Assembly: GCA_038204425.1 (NCBI GenBank)
Contig: JBBRCZ010000002.1
Location: 1 to 64,000, forward strand
Direction of reading: 5' to 3'
Length of the DNA: 64,000 bases
From: Spirochaetia bacterium
Lineage (GTDB): Bacteria; Spirochaetota; Spirochaetia; DSM-27196; Salinispiraceae
The translations under genes were made by a program, and so were the position numbers. Below the pieces are notes generated by a model that saw only the letters and a list, made by a program, of their open reading frames with translations, had not been told where the DNA came from and did no database searches. Positions 18,581-28,441 of this stretch are shown here, one piece after another. The stretch's first letter is position 1. The number at the start of each line of letters is the position of its first letter.

Positions 18581-19621
18581 CTATCGTTGGATGCGGCCTG
18601 AGGTTTTTCCTTGTGCCAATTGCTGCACTTCGTCATAGCTAACCAGGTTAAAGTCGCCACTTATGCTGTGTTTGAGGCAGCCGGCGGCATTGGCAAATTC
18701 TAAGGCTTTTTGGCTTGGCCACTCTTGCAGCAATGCATAAATTAGGCCGGCTGCGAAGGCGTCACCAGCTCCCACTCTATCTACCATAGAAACATCAAAG
18801 CTGGGCGCTAGGTAAGCTTGATTTTGGTGATAGATCATGCTCGACCAGGTGTTGTGGGTGGCACAATGGCTGCTTCTAAGCGTTATGGCCACCGACGCTA
18901 TTCCTAAGTCTTTACTCACTCTTTTGGCTAAATCGCCGTAGGCCGCTTGATCTATCATTCCTGTGTTCAAATCGTTTCCAGATATAGAATAGTCGAATAA
19001 GCAGCTTAGATCTTCTTCGTTGGCAATTAGGACATCAACGTAGGGTGTCAAATTGCTAATTGCCAAGCGGGCTTCTTTTACTGACCACAAGGTCTTGCGA
19101 TAGTTTAGATCCAAACTGACTGGCAGCCTGCGTGAGGTGGCCTCTTGGCAGGCTCGTATACAGCTTGCTGCTGTCCCGTCCGATAGGGCAGGGCTAATGC
19201 CAGAAAGGTGAAGCCAGCTAGCGTCTTGCAAAAGTCTAGGCCACTGATAGTCACTTGTTTCTGACAAAGCAAACGCTGAATCTTTTCGGTCGTAGATTAC
19301 TTTGCCACTACGCTGCGCTGCGCCTCTTTCATAAAAATACAGGCCCATACGGCCTGTATTGCGCACAACACCACTGGTGTCTAGTCCATGGCGTTTAAGT
19401 TCGCTGAGAGCTGCATCACCAAGTTGGCTCAAAGGAAGTGCAGTTACAAAGCGGCTTGGTATGCCAAAGCGGGATAGGCTAACGGCGACGTTGGCTTCAC
19501 TGCCGCCAAAAAAGCAATCAAGCTGAGCGCTTTGCAAGAGGCGCTCCTGCTGGGGCGGCGACAGTCTGAGCATTAGCTCGCCAAAAGTTACAACAGGCTT
19601 CACGATTTTTGGCCTGTTCAA
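18581..19621 (-). CDS. kdgK: 2-keto-3-deoxygluconate kinase (PfkB family)
   Basis: VTFGELMLRLSP, GGSEANVA, DLNYR, DRVGAGDAF; adjacent to eda. Confidence 0.9.
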   Translation of the reverse strand: MNRPKIVKPVVTFGELMLRLSPPQQERLLQSAQLDCFFGGSEANVAVSLSRFGIPSRFVTALPLSQLGDAALSELKRHGLDTSGVVRNTGRMGLYFYERGAAQRSGKVIYDRKDSAFALSETSDYQWPRLLQDASWLHLSGISPALSDGTAASCIRACQEATSRRLPVSLDLNYRKTLWSVKEARLAISNLTPYVDVLIANEEDLSCLFDYSISGNDLNTGMIDQAAYGDLAKRVSKDLGIASVAITLRSSHCATHNTWSSMIYHQNQAYLAPSFDVSMVDRVGAGDAFAAGLIYALLQEWPSQKALEFANAAGCLKHSISGDFNLVSYDEVQQLAQGKTSGRIQR

Positions 19622-20271
19622 TTGTTTTTCTTGTTTGCTGCGGTAAAGGCCGAAACAAACTGCTCAGCGCGTGTGACCAAAGCTTGATAGTTGCCATTGG
19701 CTGCTGCACCGGTCAACTGCCCGCCGAGGCCAAGTGCGACTGCGCCGGCTGCCAGCCAATCTGCAATATTGTCTAAGCTTACACCGCCTGAGGGCATAAG
19801 TTGAACGTGCGGCAAAGGCCCTCTAATAGACCTGACAAAGCTCGGGCCAAGTAGCTCAGCGGGAAACAGCTTGACTATATCAGCACCGGATTCCAAACAA
19901 GCTACAATCTCAGTGGCGGTGCTGGCGGCTGGAATACAAAGGCTTGAGTAGCGATTACACAAACGTTGGGTTTCTGCGCTAAAGATTGGTGATACCACAA
20001 AATCAACCCCCTCCAAAAGTGCTATCCTGGCTGTATGGGCATCGAGAACACTGCCGGCGCCTAGCAAAAAACCTGGGTGCGAGCCAAAACGCTGGCGAAA
20101 CTGGGCAATAATTTTGTGGGCTTGAGGAATGGTAAAGGTAAGTTCGATTGTGGATATGCCGCCTTGCATGCATGCATCACTCAGGGCAAGAGCGTGGTCG
20201 GCCGAGTCAGCACGAATGACTGCCACCAGACCTGCTTTTTTGATGCCCGCAAGTGCTGTTTCTTTGAGCAT
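19618..20271 (-). CDS. eda: KDPG/KHG aldolase
   Basis: VAVIRA, IELTF, GAGSVLD, FVVSP, VKLFPA, MPSGGV. Confidence 0.93.
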   Translation of the reverse strand: MLKETALAGIKKAGLVAVIRADSADHALALSDACMQGGISTIELTFTIPQAHKIIAQFRQRFGSHPGFLLGAGSVLDAHTARIALLEGVDFVVSPIFSAETQRLCNRYSSLCIPAASTATEIVACLESGADIVKLFPAELLGPSFVRSIRGPLPHVQLMPSGGVSLDNIADWLAAGAVALGLGGQLTGAAANGNYQALVTRAEQFVSAFTAANKKNN

Positions 20272-20280
20272 GGGTAACCT

Positions 20281-21048
20281 CTATCTAGAAATATAACCCA
20301 TGCGGCGCGAAATTGTGAGTGCGCAGTCAATAACCATCAGCGAAAGTTCTTGGATACGATCCTGGGTCATAATTTGCCTGTCCCCTGAGGCACTAACGGA
20401 CGCGATAATACTAGCCGTGTAATCTCGGATGGGACTTGCGACACAGATGATATTTTCTTCGTGTTCTTCGTCGTCCATGGTCCAGCCAAGTTTTTTGCCC
20501 TGCTCTATTCCCTCTGTTAAAGCTTGGATGCCCAAGCGGGTTTTGGGACTATGGCGCACAAAGCTGATTTTAGAAACCAAGGCTTCTAGGTCTGTTTTGT
20601 TGAGATCGATTAGTAAGGCCTTGCCGATTGCTGAGCAATAGGCGGGTATACGGCGACCGATTTGAGCATACATACGCAAGTTGGAAACAGCTTCTACTTT
20701 TTCGATGTAAACGGCGTCAGCGCCGTCCAAAATAGCAAGGTGAACCGGCTGCCGACTTCTCTCGGCCAGATAACGCAGTATCGGCGATGCTTCTGTCTTG
20801 AGTTCTAGCTGATTGAGGCGCAGGCTACCAATCTCGACAAACTTGAGGCCGAGACGATAGGTGGAACGGCTGTTTTCTTTTTCGACGTAGCCACGCTCTG
20901 CCAAGGAACTGAGTAGCCTATGGACGGTGCTTTTGTGCAGATTCAAGCGTGCACCGATATCAGTAACACCCATGCCTTCGCGTTGTATGGTGAGCAGTTC
21001 AATAATGTCGAGAGCACGTTCCAGGGTCTGAACACCCTTGGCTTCCAT
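20281..21048 (-). CDS. IclR-family transcriptional regulator (KdgR-like)
   Basis: VQTLERALDII, LHKSTVHRLL HTH, YCSAIGKALL, CVASPI; ggagg RBS before the ATG at 21048. Confidence 0.93.
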   Translation of the reverse strand: MEAKGVQTLERALDIIELLTIQREGMGVTDIGARLNLHKSTVHRLLSSLAERGYVEKENSRSTYRLGLKFVEIGSLRLNQLELKTEASPILRYLAERSRQPVHLAILDGADAVYIEKVEAVSNLRMYAQIGRRIPAYCSAIGKALLIDLNKTDLEALVSKISFVRHSPKTRLGIQALTEGIEQGKKLGWTMDDEEHEENIICVASPIRDYTASIIASVSASGDRQIMTQDRIQELSLMVIDCALTISRRMGYISR

Positions 21049-21067
21049 ACTGCCTCCCCGCAGGCCT

Positions 21068-21084
21068 GTTTCGCAGAGCAAAAC
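21068..21084. promoter_or_regulatory. Putative IclR operator
   Basis: gtttcgc-aga-gcaaaac near-perfect IR just upstream of the iclR-eda-kdgK operon. Confidence 0.55.
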
Positions 21085-21186
21085 GATGTTTTGTACATTG
21101 ATACAATAACCCTAAGCAAGTCTTGACGCAAGCAAAAAATGAAGCTTGAAGGCAATATACTGTAACAATAGCGGTGCGCTTGGGGC

Positions 21187-21813
21187 CTATTTTCCTTTGA
21201 GAAAACCCTCAACCTTTGGCCTGATAACGGCTTGGCAGTAACCTTGGTCGGTATTTCTGCGGAAATAGTCTTGGTGGTAAGCCTCTGCGGGGTAGTAGTC
21301 GCCAAGTTTTACTACTTCGGTAACTATCGGTTGTGGCCACTTAGTTTGTTGGGCTTTGATGCTTGCCTTGACAATAGATGCTTCGTTCTCGCTTTTGTAA
21401 AAGACTATCGACCGATATTGTGTGCCGACATCAGCGCCCTGGCGATTGAGGGTGGTGGGGTTGTGAATTTTCCAGAAAACGGCCAAGAGTTTTTCGTAGT
21501 TAGTCTTTGTGCTGTCGTAGCTTATCTTGACAATCTCCGCGTGGCCGCTCAAGCCTGAGGTTACTGACTGATAATCAGGATGGCGTGTCTTGCCACCGGC
21601 GTAGCCACTTTCAACATCAGTTACGCCGTCGACCAGTTCGTAGACAGCCTCTAGACACCAAAAACAGCCACCTCCGAGATACATGGTTTGTAAATTGCCA
21701 GAGCTGTCTTTGTTTTGTGCAGCTTGTGCCGAGACGCTTTGGGGATTTTGGCTTGTCAAAACCGCAAACGCTGTAAGAATGCCAAGTCGTGATAAGCTAG
21801 GTAAAATACTCAT
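21187..21813 (-). CDS. msrA: Peptide-methionine (S)-S-oxide reductase with probable export signal
   Basis: GGGCFWCLEA, SGYAGG, QGADVGTQYRS, AEAYHQDY, GYC. Start is uncertain; 21813 avoids overlap with the DinB gene. Confidence 0.92.
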   Translation of the reverse strand: MSILPSLSRLGILTAFAVLTSQNPQSVSAQAAQNKDSSGNLQTMYLGGGCFWCLEAVYELVDGVTDVESGYAGGKTRHPDYQSVTSGLSGHAEIVKISYDSTKTNYEKLLAVFWKIHNPTTLNRQGADVGTQYRSIVFYKSENEASIVKASIKAQQTKWPQPIVTEVVKLGDYYPAEAYHQDYFRRNTDQGYCQAVIRPKVEGFLKGK

Positions 21814-21838
21814 ACTAATAAAATAACCAGTTCTGGCC

Positions 21839-22351
21839 TTAGTTGCTATCTTTTTTTGCATAAAGACTAAGATTGCGGTCAATGTAATCACGATGAGTTT
21901 GCAGATGCTGCACGTACATTTCTAGCCATTGTTCCAAGTCCACCCGCCCGCGCTCGCTATGATTAAACCAAAAATCTGACCAGGGTTGCTCCACGATAGA
22001 CTTTAGGTGCTCAAATGCGAGCTTTCTAACTAGTTTGAGCATGACTACTACGCTGTCCAAATCGATAGTTTCGGGCGCCAAGCGAGAAGTCCATAGGTCT
22101 TGGTCGTAGGCAACAATCAGCCCACCTGGCTCTGCGATGGCTTTGCGGTAACGTTGAAAGCTTATCAGTTCGCTATCCAAAATGTGTACCATATGTTGAT
22201 GGATGGTCCACATGTCGCCACCAGGTTGCCAGGTTGTCACTTTTTTGTCCAAAGACAGTATGTCGTCAAATCCGTCTCCTGCCTCAAGAAATTTCAGTAG
22301 TTCTTCATGCTTCTGGCTGATGGTCATGCTCATGGTATTGCCCCTTCTCAA
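21839..22351 (-). CDS. DinB/YfiT-like protein
   Basis: WTIHQHMVHILDSE, AYDQDLW, HSERG, HLQTH; start may be an internal Met. Confidence 0.85.
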   Translation of the reverse strand: MRRGNTMSMTISQKHEELLKFLEAGDGFDDILSLDKKVTTWQPGGDMWTIHQHMVHILDSELISFQRYRKAIAEPGGLIVAYDQDLWTSRLAPETIDLDSVVVMLKLVRKLAFEHLKSIVEQPWSDFWFNHSERGRVDLEQWLEMYVQHLQTHRDYIDRNLSLYAKKDSN

Positions 22352-22466
22352 ATCAAATGCGGCTACATTCTACCATTGAGTCCAGCTTTTGCACTACTAT
22401 TTTGTCAAAATAATTTTGGCTAAATAGTGAAGTAGATGGCACGATTACGCGCAAAGTACTGGACTA

Positions 22467-24021
22467 GTGCTTATTAGCTGCGGCCAGCCTTTTGGGGTAT
22501 TTGACAGCTACTACCTATTGGAGCAGATTGCAGCAAACAATGGCGGTAGTCGTGGTAATCTTTACTTTAATCCGACGAGTTCCAGGCTTAGGCGCTGGGC
22601 TGGCTCCAATGTAAGCTTTAGCTTTAACGGTAGCATGGCTTGGATTTGGCGACCTTGTACCCGGAAATGTCGCCCACCGTTTAAATGGATTTTACAATGT
22701 TGATCCCCAAACCCTGCAACAATTGTTTGTACACGAAATTGGCCACGCACTGGGCTTGGCTCATGAACTTCAGCGTAGCGAGGCCTGGGATCACCACGGT
22801 CAGAGCATTGCCGGTGTCCCGTATGGACCTTATGATCCTGTTTCGACGATGCACTATGGTTCTAGCCTACAAGGTATGAGCTTGGGGGACATAGCGTCTA
22901 TCAGACACCTCTACGCGCTTTCGCTGATTCATCCCGGCTACGACACTGCATCACTTGCATTAACTATCGTTCCGACAGCATGGTCACGGTTAAGCCCAAA
23001 AGTGCAACTAATCAGTGGCATAGCTGCTGACTATGCCTATCAGTCAAGCGCTAAAACGGCTTTTTTGTCGCGTAGTTCTGCTAGTTCCTCTGTCTTAGGC
23101 TTTGATCTTAGTCTAGGGAAACGATATTTTATCCGCGCTGAAATTCGCAAGGTAGCTCATGATAACGATCCGACAAGCATTTACTTCCGCGTTTGACACC
23201 ACGCAAGCCGATAGCGTTTTTCTTGAAACGAGTGGAATAGGCACGGGAGGATTGGAGCTTAAAAAAATTGAGGTATTTGTCGTCGACGCTTGGGGCGACT
23301 TTAGTCAGGCAAGCACCACCAGCACTAGTTCGAGTTCATCAACTGGGTGAATCTCAACCCCGGCAACAAACTTCGCTTTACGCTCAAAACCCAGCAAGCT
23401 GGTGGACTACGGGTCGAAACTGCCCGTAACGCTATTGTGGGTTCCTCGGGGGTGGCTTTTCCCGTCTTTGTAAGCATAAACGGTCAAGAACTTAACGGTT
23501 TAGAAGCCTTACGAACATCAAGTCCAGGAACTTGGAACAAGGACTTGTTTGATTGTAATTTGGTTGACGGTAGTAATCTGGTGGTGAAAAAAAACAACAG
23601 TAATGTGGCGATAAAATTTGACTACTTTGGTTTTGACTTTACGGTCAATGTAAGCACAACGACGTCAACCAGTCTGCAACTGGGTTCAGGTCCAGCAAAT
23701 GGAACTTACAAGATCATCAACAAGCATTCGCAAAAAGCCCAGCAGTCGGATTCTTATGCAGGGGCTGGTTTGTACAATGGTACTTACAGTGACCTGGGCT
23801 CGCAAAAATGGACTATAACCAAGGTAGGAGCTTGCTATCGTTTGGTAAACCAAGAAACCGGTCTTGTTTTGCGTGCAGGCCAGTATGACAACGTAAAGAC
23901 CAAAGTCGCCAGTGGCGGCAATGATGAGTTGTTTTGGCTTAGTTCGGCTGGCGGGGACTACTACTTTTTGAGTCCTAAGCTCTACAGCCAGCGCTTTAAG
24001 TTTGCTTTTCTTGCTCCCTAA
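22467..24021 (+). pseudogene. Frameshifted lipoprotein: astacin-like (M12A) metalloprotease, beta-sandwich, Thr linkers and truncated ricin-like domain
   Basis: Four consecutive ORF pieces in shifting frames: lipobox VLISC; HEIGHALGLAHELQR and YDPVSTMHY Met-turn; Thr/Ser linkers; C-terminus homologous to the 37020 and 51764 proteins. Confidence 0.75.
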
Positions 24022-24072
24022 CTGACTGCTTGTCGATGTATCAAGTGGCCTTAATCATGCTAGAATCCTTGC

Positions 24073-24846
24073 ATGATTAAGGCCATTATTTTTGACAAGG
24101 ACGGAACCCTTATCGATTCGTTTGGTGTTTGGGTTGAGCGCGATAGCTTATTGTGTACTGAAATGGTGGGCACTTATTGGCCAGGGTATTCTAGCAACCA
24201 TCAAGCGCTCGTTGCAGATCGGCTACTTGCCCATATTGGAATAGTCGACAACAAAGTTGTTGCCGGCGCGCTGATGGCCCATGCCAACGAAAAACAGCTC
24301 TTAAATGGACTGTATCAAGGCTTTTGCGATTGTTTGGCAGGCGACGGTCTTAGAGCACCTGTGGCCGAGCAGTTTATCAGCGAACTCAGGCACGCTATGG
24401 CCGCAATTATTGCTAATCATGCAGTCGCCTTTAAGCCTTGTCTAGGTGCGCACAGTCTTATTGTGCAAGCCAAACAAGCTGGCTTGGGTATAGGCCTTGC
24501 TACATCCGATAGTCGCACTCACACGATTGCACAATTAGAAGAACAGAGCTGGCGCGACTATTTTGACTTTGTTGTCTGTGGAGACGATGGTTTTGACCCC
24601 AAGCCTTCGCCGCAAATGTTTTTGCACTGCAGCAAGCTTTTGGGCCTTGAGCCACATGAGCTGGTCATGATTGGGGACAGTACCGTTGATTTGCACATGG
24701 CTCGGGCGGCCGGCGCCGGACTCTGCATTGCCGTTAGAAGTCCGTCGGCTGATGCTCATCATTTGAGTGATGCAGACCTGTATGTAAACAGCTTGGAAGA
24801 ACTCAACTTAGAACTTTGTCTTGGCCTCACAGGCCAAAGGGTTTGA
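24073..24846 (+). CDS. HAD-superfamily hydrolase
   Basis: IIFDKDGTL, LATSD, KPSP, MIGDSTVD. Confidence 0.92.
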   Translation: MIKAIIFDKDGTLIDSFGVWVERDSLLCTEMVGTYWPGYSSNHQALVADRLLAHIGIVDNKVVAGALMAHANEKQLLNGLYQGFCDCLAGDGLRAPVAEQFISELRHAMAAIIANHAVAFKPCLGAHSLIVQAKQAGLGIGLATSDSRTHTIAQLEEQSWRDYFDFVVCGDDGFDPKPSPQMFLHCSKLLGLEPHELVMIGDSTVDLHMARAAGAGLCIAVRSPSADAHHLSDADLYVNSLEELNLELCLGLTGQRV

Positions 24847-26071
24847 TGACTCTGTCGAGTACTCCTTGGCAATGACTTATTGCAATGCCGTAGTTGGTGA
24901 TTGGTACTTGGGCGTCCATGCTAGAGCCCAAGCGAGATAGCATCATGCGCCGCGTGATCATGCAGCCGCCACAGTGAATTACCAGTTTTGCGCTGGCAAG
25001 GTTGGCGGGCAAGGGCCCCGATACCACTTGGATGTCCAAGTCTCGACCGGTGTATTGTCTGAGCCAGCGAGGGATCTTAACCCGGCCAATGTCGTCACAA
25101 AGCTGCTTGTGAGAGCAGGTCTCGGCAATAATGACTAAGTCGCCATCCTTAAGCTGGTCGATGCGGCGCGCAGAGGCAACAAAATGTTCGAGGTCACCTT
25201 TTTGGCGTGAAAAAAGTATAGAAAAAGTAGTGAGCGCTATGGTCTCAGGGATAGACGCCGCGGCTTTAAGTACCACTTGGCTGTCAGTAATCGCCAAGTC
25301 TGGCGGAGACTTGAGTAAGGACAAGGCCCATTCTATCTCACGTTCTTTAACAACTAAGCTTGCGGCATCACTGTCCAAGACCTCGCGAATAGCTTGAACC
25401 TGCGGCAAAATAAGGCGACCAGCGGGCGCCTCTTGGTCAATTGGTACCACCATCAAAACTAATTTGTATGGCTTAATCAGATTTTCTAGCAGCGCACGGT
25501 CGTCTTTCTTGCGCTCGTTGAGTAGAGTCACCAAAGTATCTCGCAGCTGGCTAACACCGGCGCCACTAAAGTTAGATACCAAAATGGCTTGAGGAAGCGT
25601 TGATTTGCTTTGTAACAAGGCATCGTTTACCAGCTGCGCAGCATGGGCTTCAGTAACTTGATCTTGATGGGTAAATACCAAGACCAGCGGGATCTCAGCT
25701 GAAATTTTGGCCTGAGCAAGCTTATCACCTAGTTCTGTAACGACTTGGGCTGGATCGCCACGCACGATCTGGCTAGGTTTGCAGATAAATATGGCCAGAT
25801 CGCCCGAGGATAAAACTGAGCGACTGCGTGCAACACGCACAGGCCCCAGTTCTGACTGGTCATCAAGGCCCGGCGTATCGACAAAGGTCACCGGGCCAAA
25901 GGGCAGCAGTTCCATATTCTTATAGACGGGATCAGTGGTGGTTCCAGCTTGCGAACTAACTAAAGCTATATCCGCTTGGTGTAGGCTATTGAGTAAACTT
26001 GACTTGCCACCGTTGCATGGCCCAGCCAAAACAATGTGAGGGCGCAGCCCGCGCGGGGTTTGGTTGGTCAC
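24827..26071 (-). CDS. hydF: [FeFe]-hydrogenase maturation GTPase HydF
   Basis: GGKSS, GTTTDPV, DTPG, PAGRLILPQVQ, ITDSQ, CSH...HCGGC. Confidence 0.95.
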   Translation of the reverse strand: MTNQTPRGLRPHIVLAGPCNGGKSSLLNSLHQADIALVSSQAGTTTDPVYKNMELLPFGPVTFVDTPGLDDQSELGPVRVARSRSVLSSGDLAIFICKPSQIVRGDPAQVVTELGDKLAQAKISAEIPLVLVFTHQDQVTEAHAAQLVNDALLQSKSTLPQAILVSNFSGAGVSQLRDTLVTLLNERKKDDRALLENLIKPYKLVLMVVPIDQEAPAGRLILPQVQAIREVLDSDAASLVVKEREIEWALSLLKSPPDLAITDSQVVLKAAASIPETIALTTFSILFSRQKGDLEHFVASARRIDQLKDGDLVIIAETCSHKQLCDDIGRVKIPRWLRQYTGRDLDIQVVSGPLPANLASAKLVIHCGGCMITRRMMLSRLGSSMDAQVPITNYGIAISHCQGVLDRVIKPFGL

Positions 26072-26937
26072 TTGTAGTTCTCGTCGCCGTTTTTGAGCTC
26101 CAGAAAAATGCTCGGTAGTGACGACTTGGCTTGCACCATGATGCCTGACTGTGGATGCGGGAAGGTAAGCGTGGTAGCATGAAGTCGTATGCGTCGTTTG
26201 TAAGTCTCATCTGCACCGTACTTGCGGTCGCCAACTATTGGGCAGCCAATATCGGACATATGAACGCGAATTTGGTTCTTACGGCCTGTTTCAAGCGTTA
26301 TTTCCACCAAGGTGTGTGTCTTGAGATTTTTTAGCACTTTGTAGTGGCTTATGGCTTCTTTGGCCAATTCGGTGCCTTCGGCTACCGAGTGCATCTTTTG
26401 GCTTTTGTCTTCTAAGAGCCAAGAACGAATTTCGCCTTTTGACTGCTTTGGTTTACCTTCAACTAGTGCCGTGTAGACCTTTTTAGCTTCCTTCCAGCGA
26501 CCAGTTATGCGTTCCATTGCGTCTTGACTACGGGCAAACAGCAGCACGCCTGATACTTCTTTGTCGAGGCGATGGACAACAAAGGCGCGCTGCAGGCCCT
26601 TGCTACGATTGCGGTACCAGTCAGACAGCGTTTTGTAGACACTAACGGTGCCATCGTCACTGGATGTTACTATTCCGACCGGCTTGTCGACTACAACAAA
26701 GTCGGGATCTTCTAACAAAATAGGATAGGGTGCTGGGTAGCGCAACGGTTTGAGTTTTGCATCAATCTCTACTACATCCCCTGACTTGAGTGTTTGGTTA
26801 AAAAGTGTGCTTGCCCGTCCATTGACCAAAACCGTGCCACTGCCAAGGATCTTTTTGACTGCACTTCGGCTTGTGTCTGGATACATAACAAAGAGGAAGT
26901 CCAGGAGACTTGTAGCAGCGCTGACCATTTTTTTCAT
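26068..26937 (-). CDS. RluA-family pseudouridine synthase
   Basis: S4-like N-terminus, VDKPVG, HRLDKEVSG, TGRKNQIRVH, PIVGDRKY. Confidence 0.93.
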   Translation of the reverse strand: MKKMVSAATSLLDFLFVMYPDTSRSAVKKILGSGTVLVNGRASTLFNQTLKSGDVVEIDAKLKPLRYPAPYPILLEDPDFVVVDKPVGIVTSSDDGTVSVYKTLSDWYRNRSKGLQRAFVVHRLDKEVSGVLLFARSQDAMERITGRWKEAKKVYTALVEGKPKQSKGEIRSWLLEDKSQKMHSVAEGTELAKEAISHYKVLKNLKTHTLVEITLETGRKNQIRVHMSDIGCPIVGDRKYGADETYKRRIRLHATTLTFPHPQSGIMVQAKSSLPSIFLELKNGDENYK

Positions 26938-26954
26938 AAGCTATGATTGTAGTA

Positions 26955-28388
26955 TCAATGAGCGCTTTGGTCAAAGCTAAGCGAGACGGCTGCGGTCTGC
27001 TTATCGTCTCGCAAGAACAAAAATAGAGCCGCTGAAGTCGCGATGGCGATAAAGGCTCCAATTGGTCCCCAGATTTGGTTTTGGTAGCTACCCAACCATG
27101 CACCCCACATTGCCGAACCAATCACTTGCCCCAAATTGAGGCTTGTGTTCATCATGCCAAGAGCCGTTGCTGCTTCACTTGCGGCGGCTTGCTTCCAGAT
27201 TGCCCAGCGTAAAGGGGCGCCAATTAGAAAGGAAATACCAAGTCCAAAGAAGCACAAGCCTATCCAAAAAAGGGTGCCGAGCAAGCTTCCAAGCAGCAAT
27301 AACAAAGCGCCAAACCCGGTGCTTATGCAGCCAAGCCGCCACATAGTTGGCCAGCCGATGGCTGGCAAAAAGCGTCCAACTAAGGGGCTAGAAACTCCCA
27401 TGATAAGTAAGATTGGCGTTAGTACAAGGCCGGACAATCCAGTTTTGGGCAGACCCAATAAAAGACTGGCACTGAGTGGCAAGAAGCTCAAGGCTGATTC
27501 CCAAAAGCCAGTCAATCCGGCCTTAACGTACAAGCGTTTGAGTTGCCTAGTGTTGGTGCCAGGATTCCAAAACGGAGCTTTGCAACGCTTTTCGTACCTA
27601 ATCCAAGCAAGAAGCGAGCACATGCCCAGCACAAAGAAACCACCAGTCTCTAAAAGCAAAAGTCCGGCAATGCCGAGATTTAGGTCAAATAAACTGACCG
27701 CGGCAGCAATTAAGCCGGTTCCCAGAGCAAATAGCAGCAGACCTACAGCATCAATACCGGTGGAAGGACTTGCTGGGTCAAGCTGGGGACGGGCAGCTCT
27801 TTTGTCTATTTTAAAGACCAAGCCAGACAGGATTATTGCCAAAACTGCTTCCACCAAAAAAGCTATGCGCCATTGCCCTCTGCTAGCCAAGTAGGCGCTG
27901 AGCGGGGTGCCAAACAAAAAAGCGATGCCAAAAGCTGCACCCATTCCACCCAAAAAAGTGCTTTGTTCTTGTTGGTTACGTCGCCAGCCGGAAAGCACGG
28001 TCACCAAAGGAAGGAACATTCCAACGCCCAATCCAGAAAGTCCACGGCCAACGATCAGCCATGGCCAAGTTGGGGACAGTGCTACCAACAAGGAACCAAG
28101 TGAAGTCAATAAAAGACTAAAAACCAAAAGGTTCTTGCGATTCCAACGATCCGCCGCCCGAGCTCCAAAAGGAGTAGCTATCATGTTGGCAAAAAGATTG
28201 ACCGTAAAAATAAGTGCCAAAGCACGGTTGTCAAGATCTACAAAAGTCTTGCCTATCGCCCCAAAAAGAGGGGCGGCTAGGGCGGCAATATCGAGAGCTT
28301 CTAGAAAAACTATTGTTAGTAGAAACCAAGCATTAACAGGCTGCTGAACTAGTGTTAGCTTGTTGGAGGCGCGCATGGGTGTGAGCAT
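26955..28388 (-). CDS. MFS (DHA2-like) transporter
   Basis: About 14 TMs; GARAADRWNRK, GRGLSGLG, QWRIAF, IDAVG. Confidence 0.85.
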   Translation of the reverse strand: MLTPMRASNKLTLVQQPVNAWFLLTIVFLEALDIAALAAPLFGAIGKTFVDLDNRALALIFTVNLFANMIATPFGARAADRWNRKNLLVFSLLLTSLGSLLVALSPTWPWLIVGRGLSGLGVGMFLPLVTVLSGWRRNQQEQSTFLGGMGAAFGIAFLFGTPLSAYLASRGQWRIAFLVEAVLAIILSGLVFKIDKRAARPQLDPASPSTGIDAVGLLLFALGTGLIAAAVSLFDLNLGIAGLLLLETGGFFVLGMCSLLAWIRYEKRCKAPFWNPGTNTRQLKRLYVKAGLTGFWESALSFLPLSASLLLGLPKTGLSGLVLTPILLIMGVSSPLVGRFLPAIGWPTMWRLGCISTGFGALLLLLGSLLGTLFWIGLCFFGLGISFLIGAPLRWAIWKQAAASEAATALGMMNTSLNLGQVIGSAMWGAWLGSYQNQIWGPIGAFIAIATSAALFLFLRDDKQTAAVSLSFDQSAH

Positions 28389-28441
28389 ACAGCAAAATCA
28401 AAATTAGGTCGCCCTTGCTGCCGCGATCCAATACAACTTGA

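Noticed and set aside
22467..24021. Stop-codon readthrough or alternative genetic code
   Set aside because: The pieces are in different frames, and all core genes read normally in code 11.
27136..28347. Long antisense ORFs (252 and 146 aa) and similar shadows such as 44294-44923 and 6070-6573
   Set aside because: They lie opposite well-supported genes and show no motifs or RBS.
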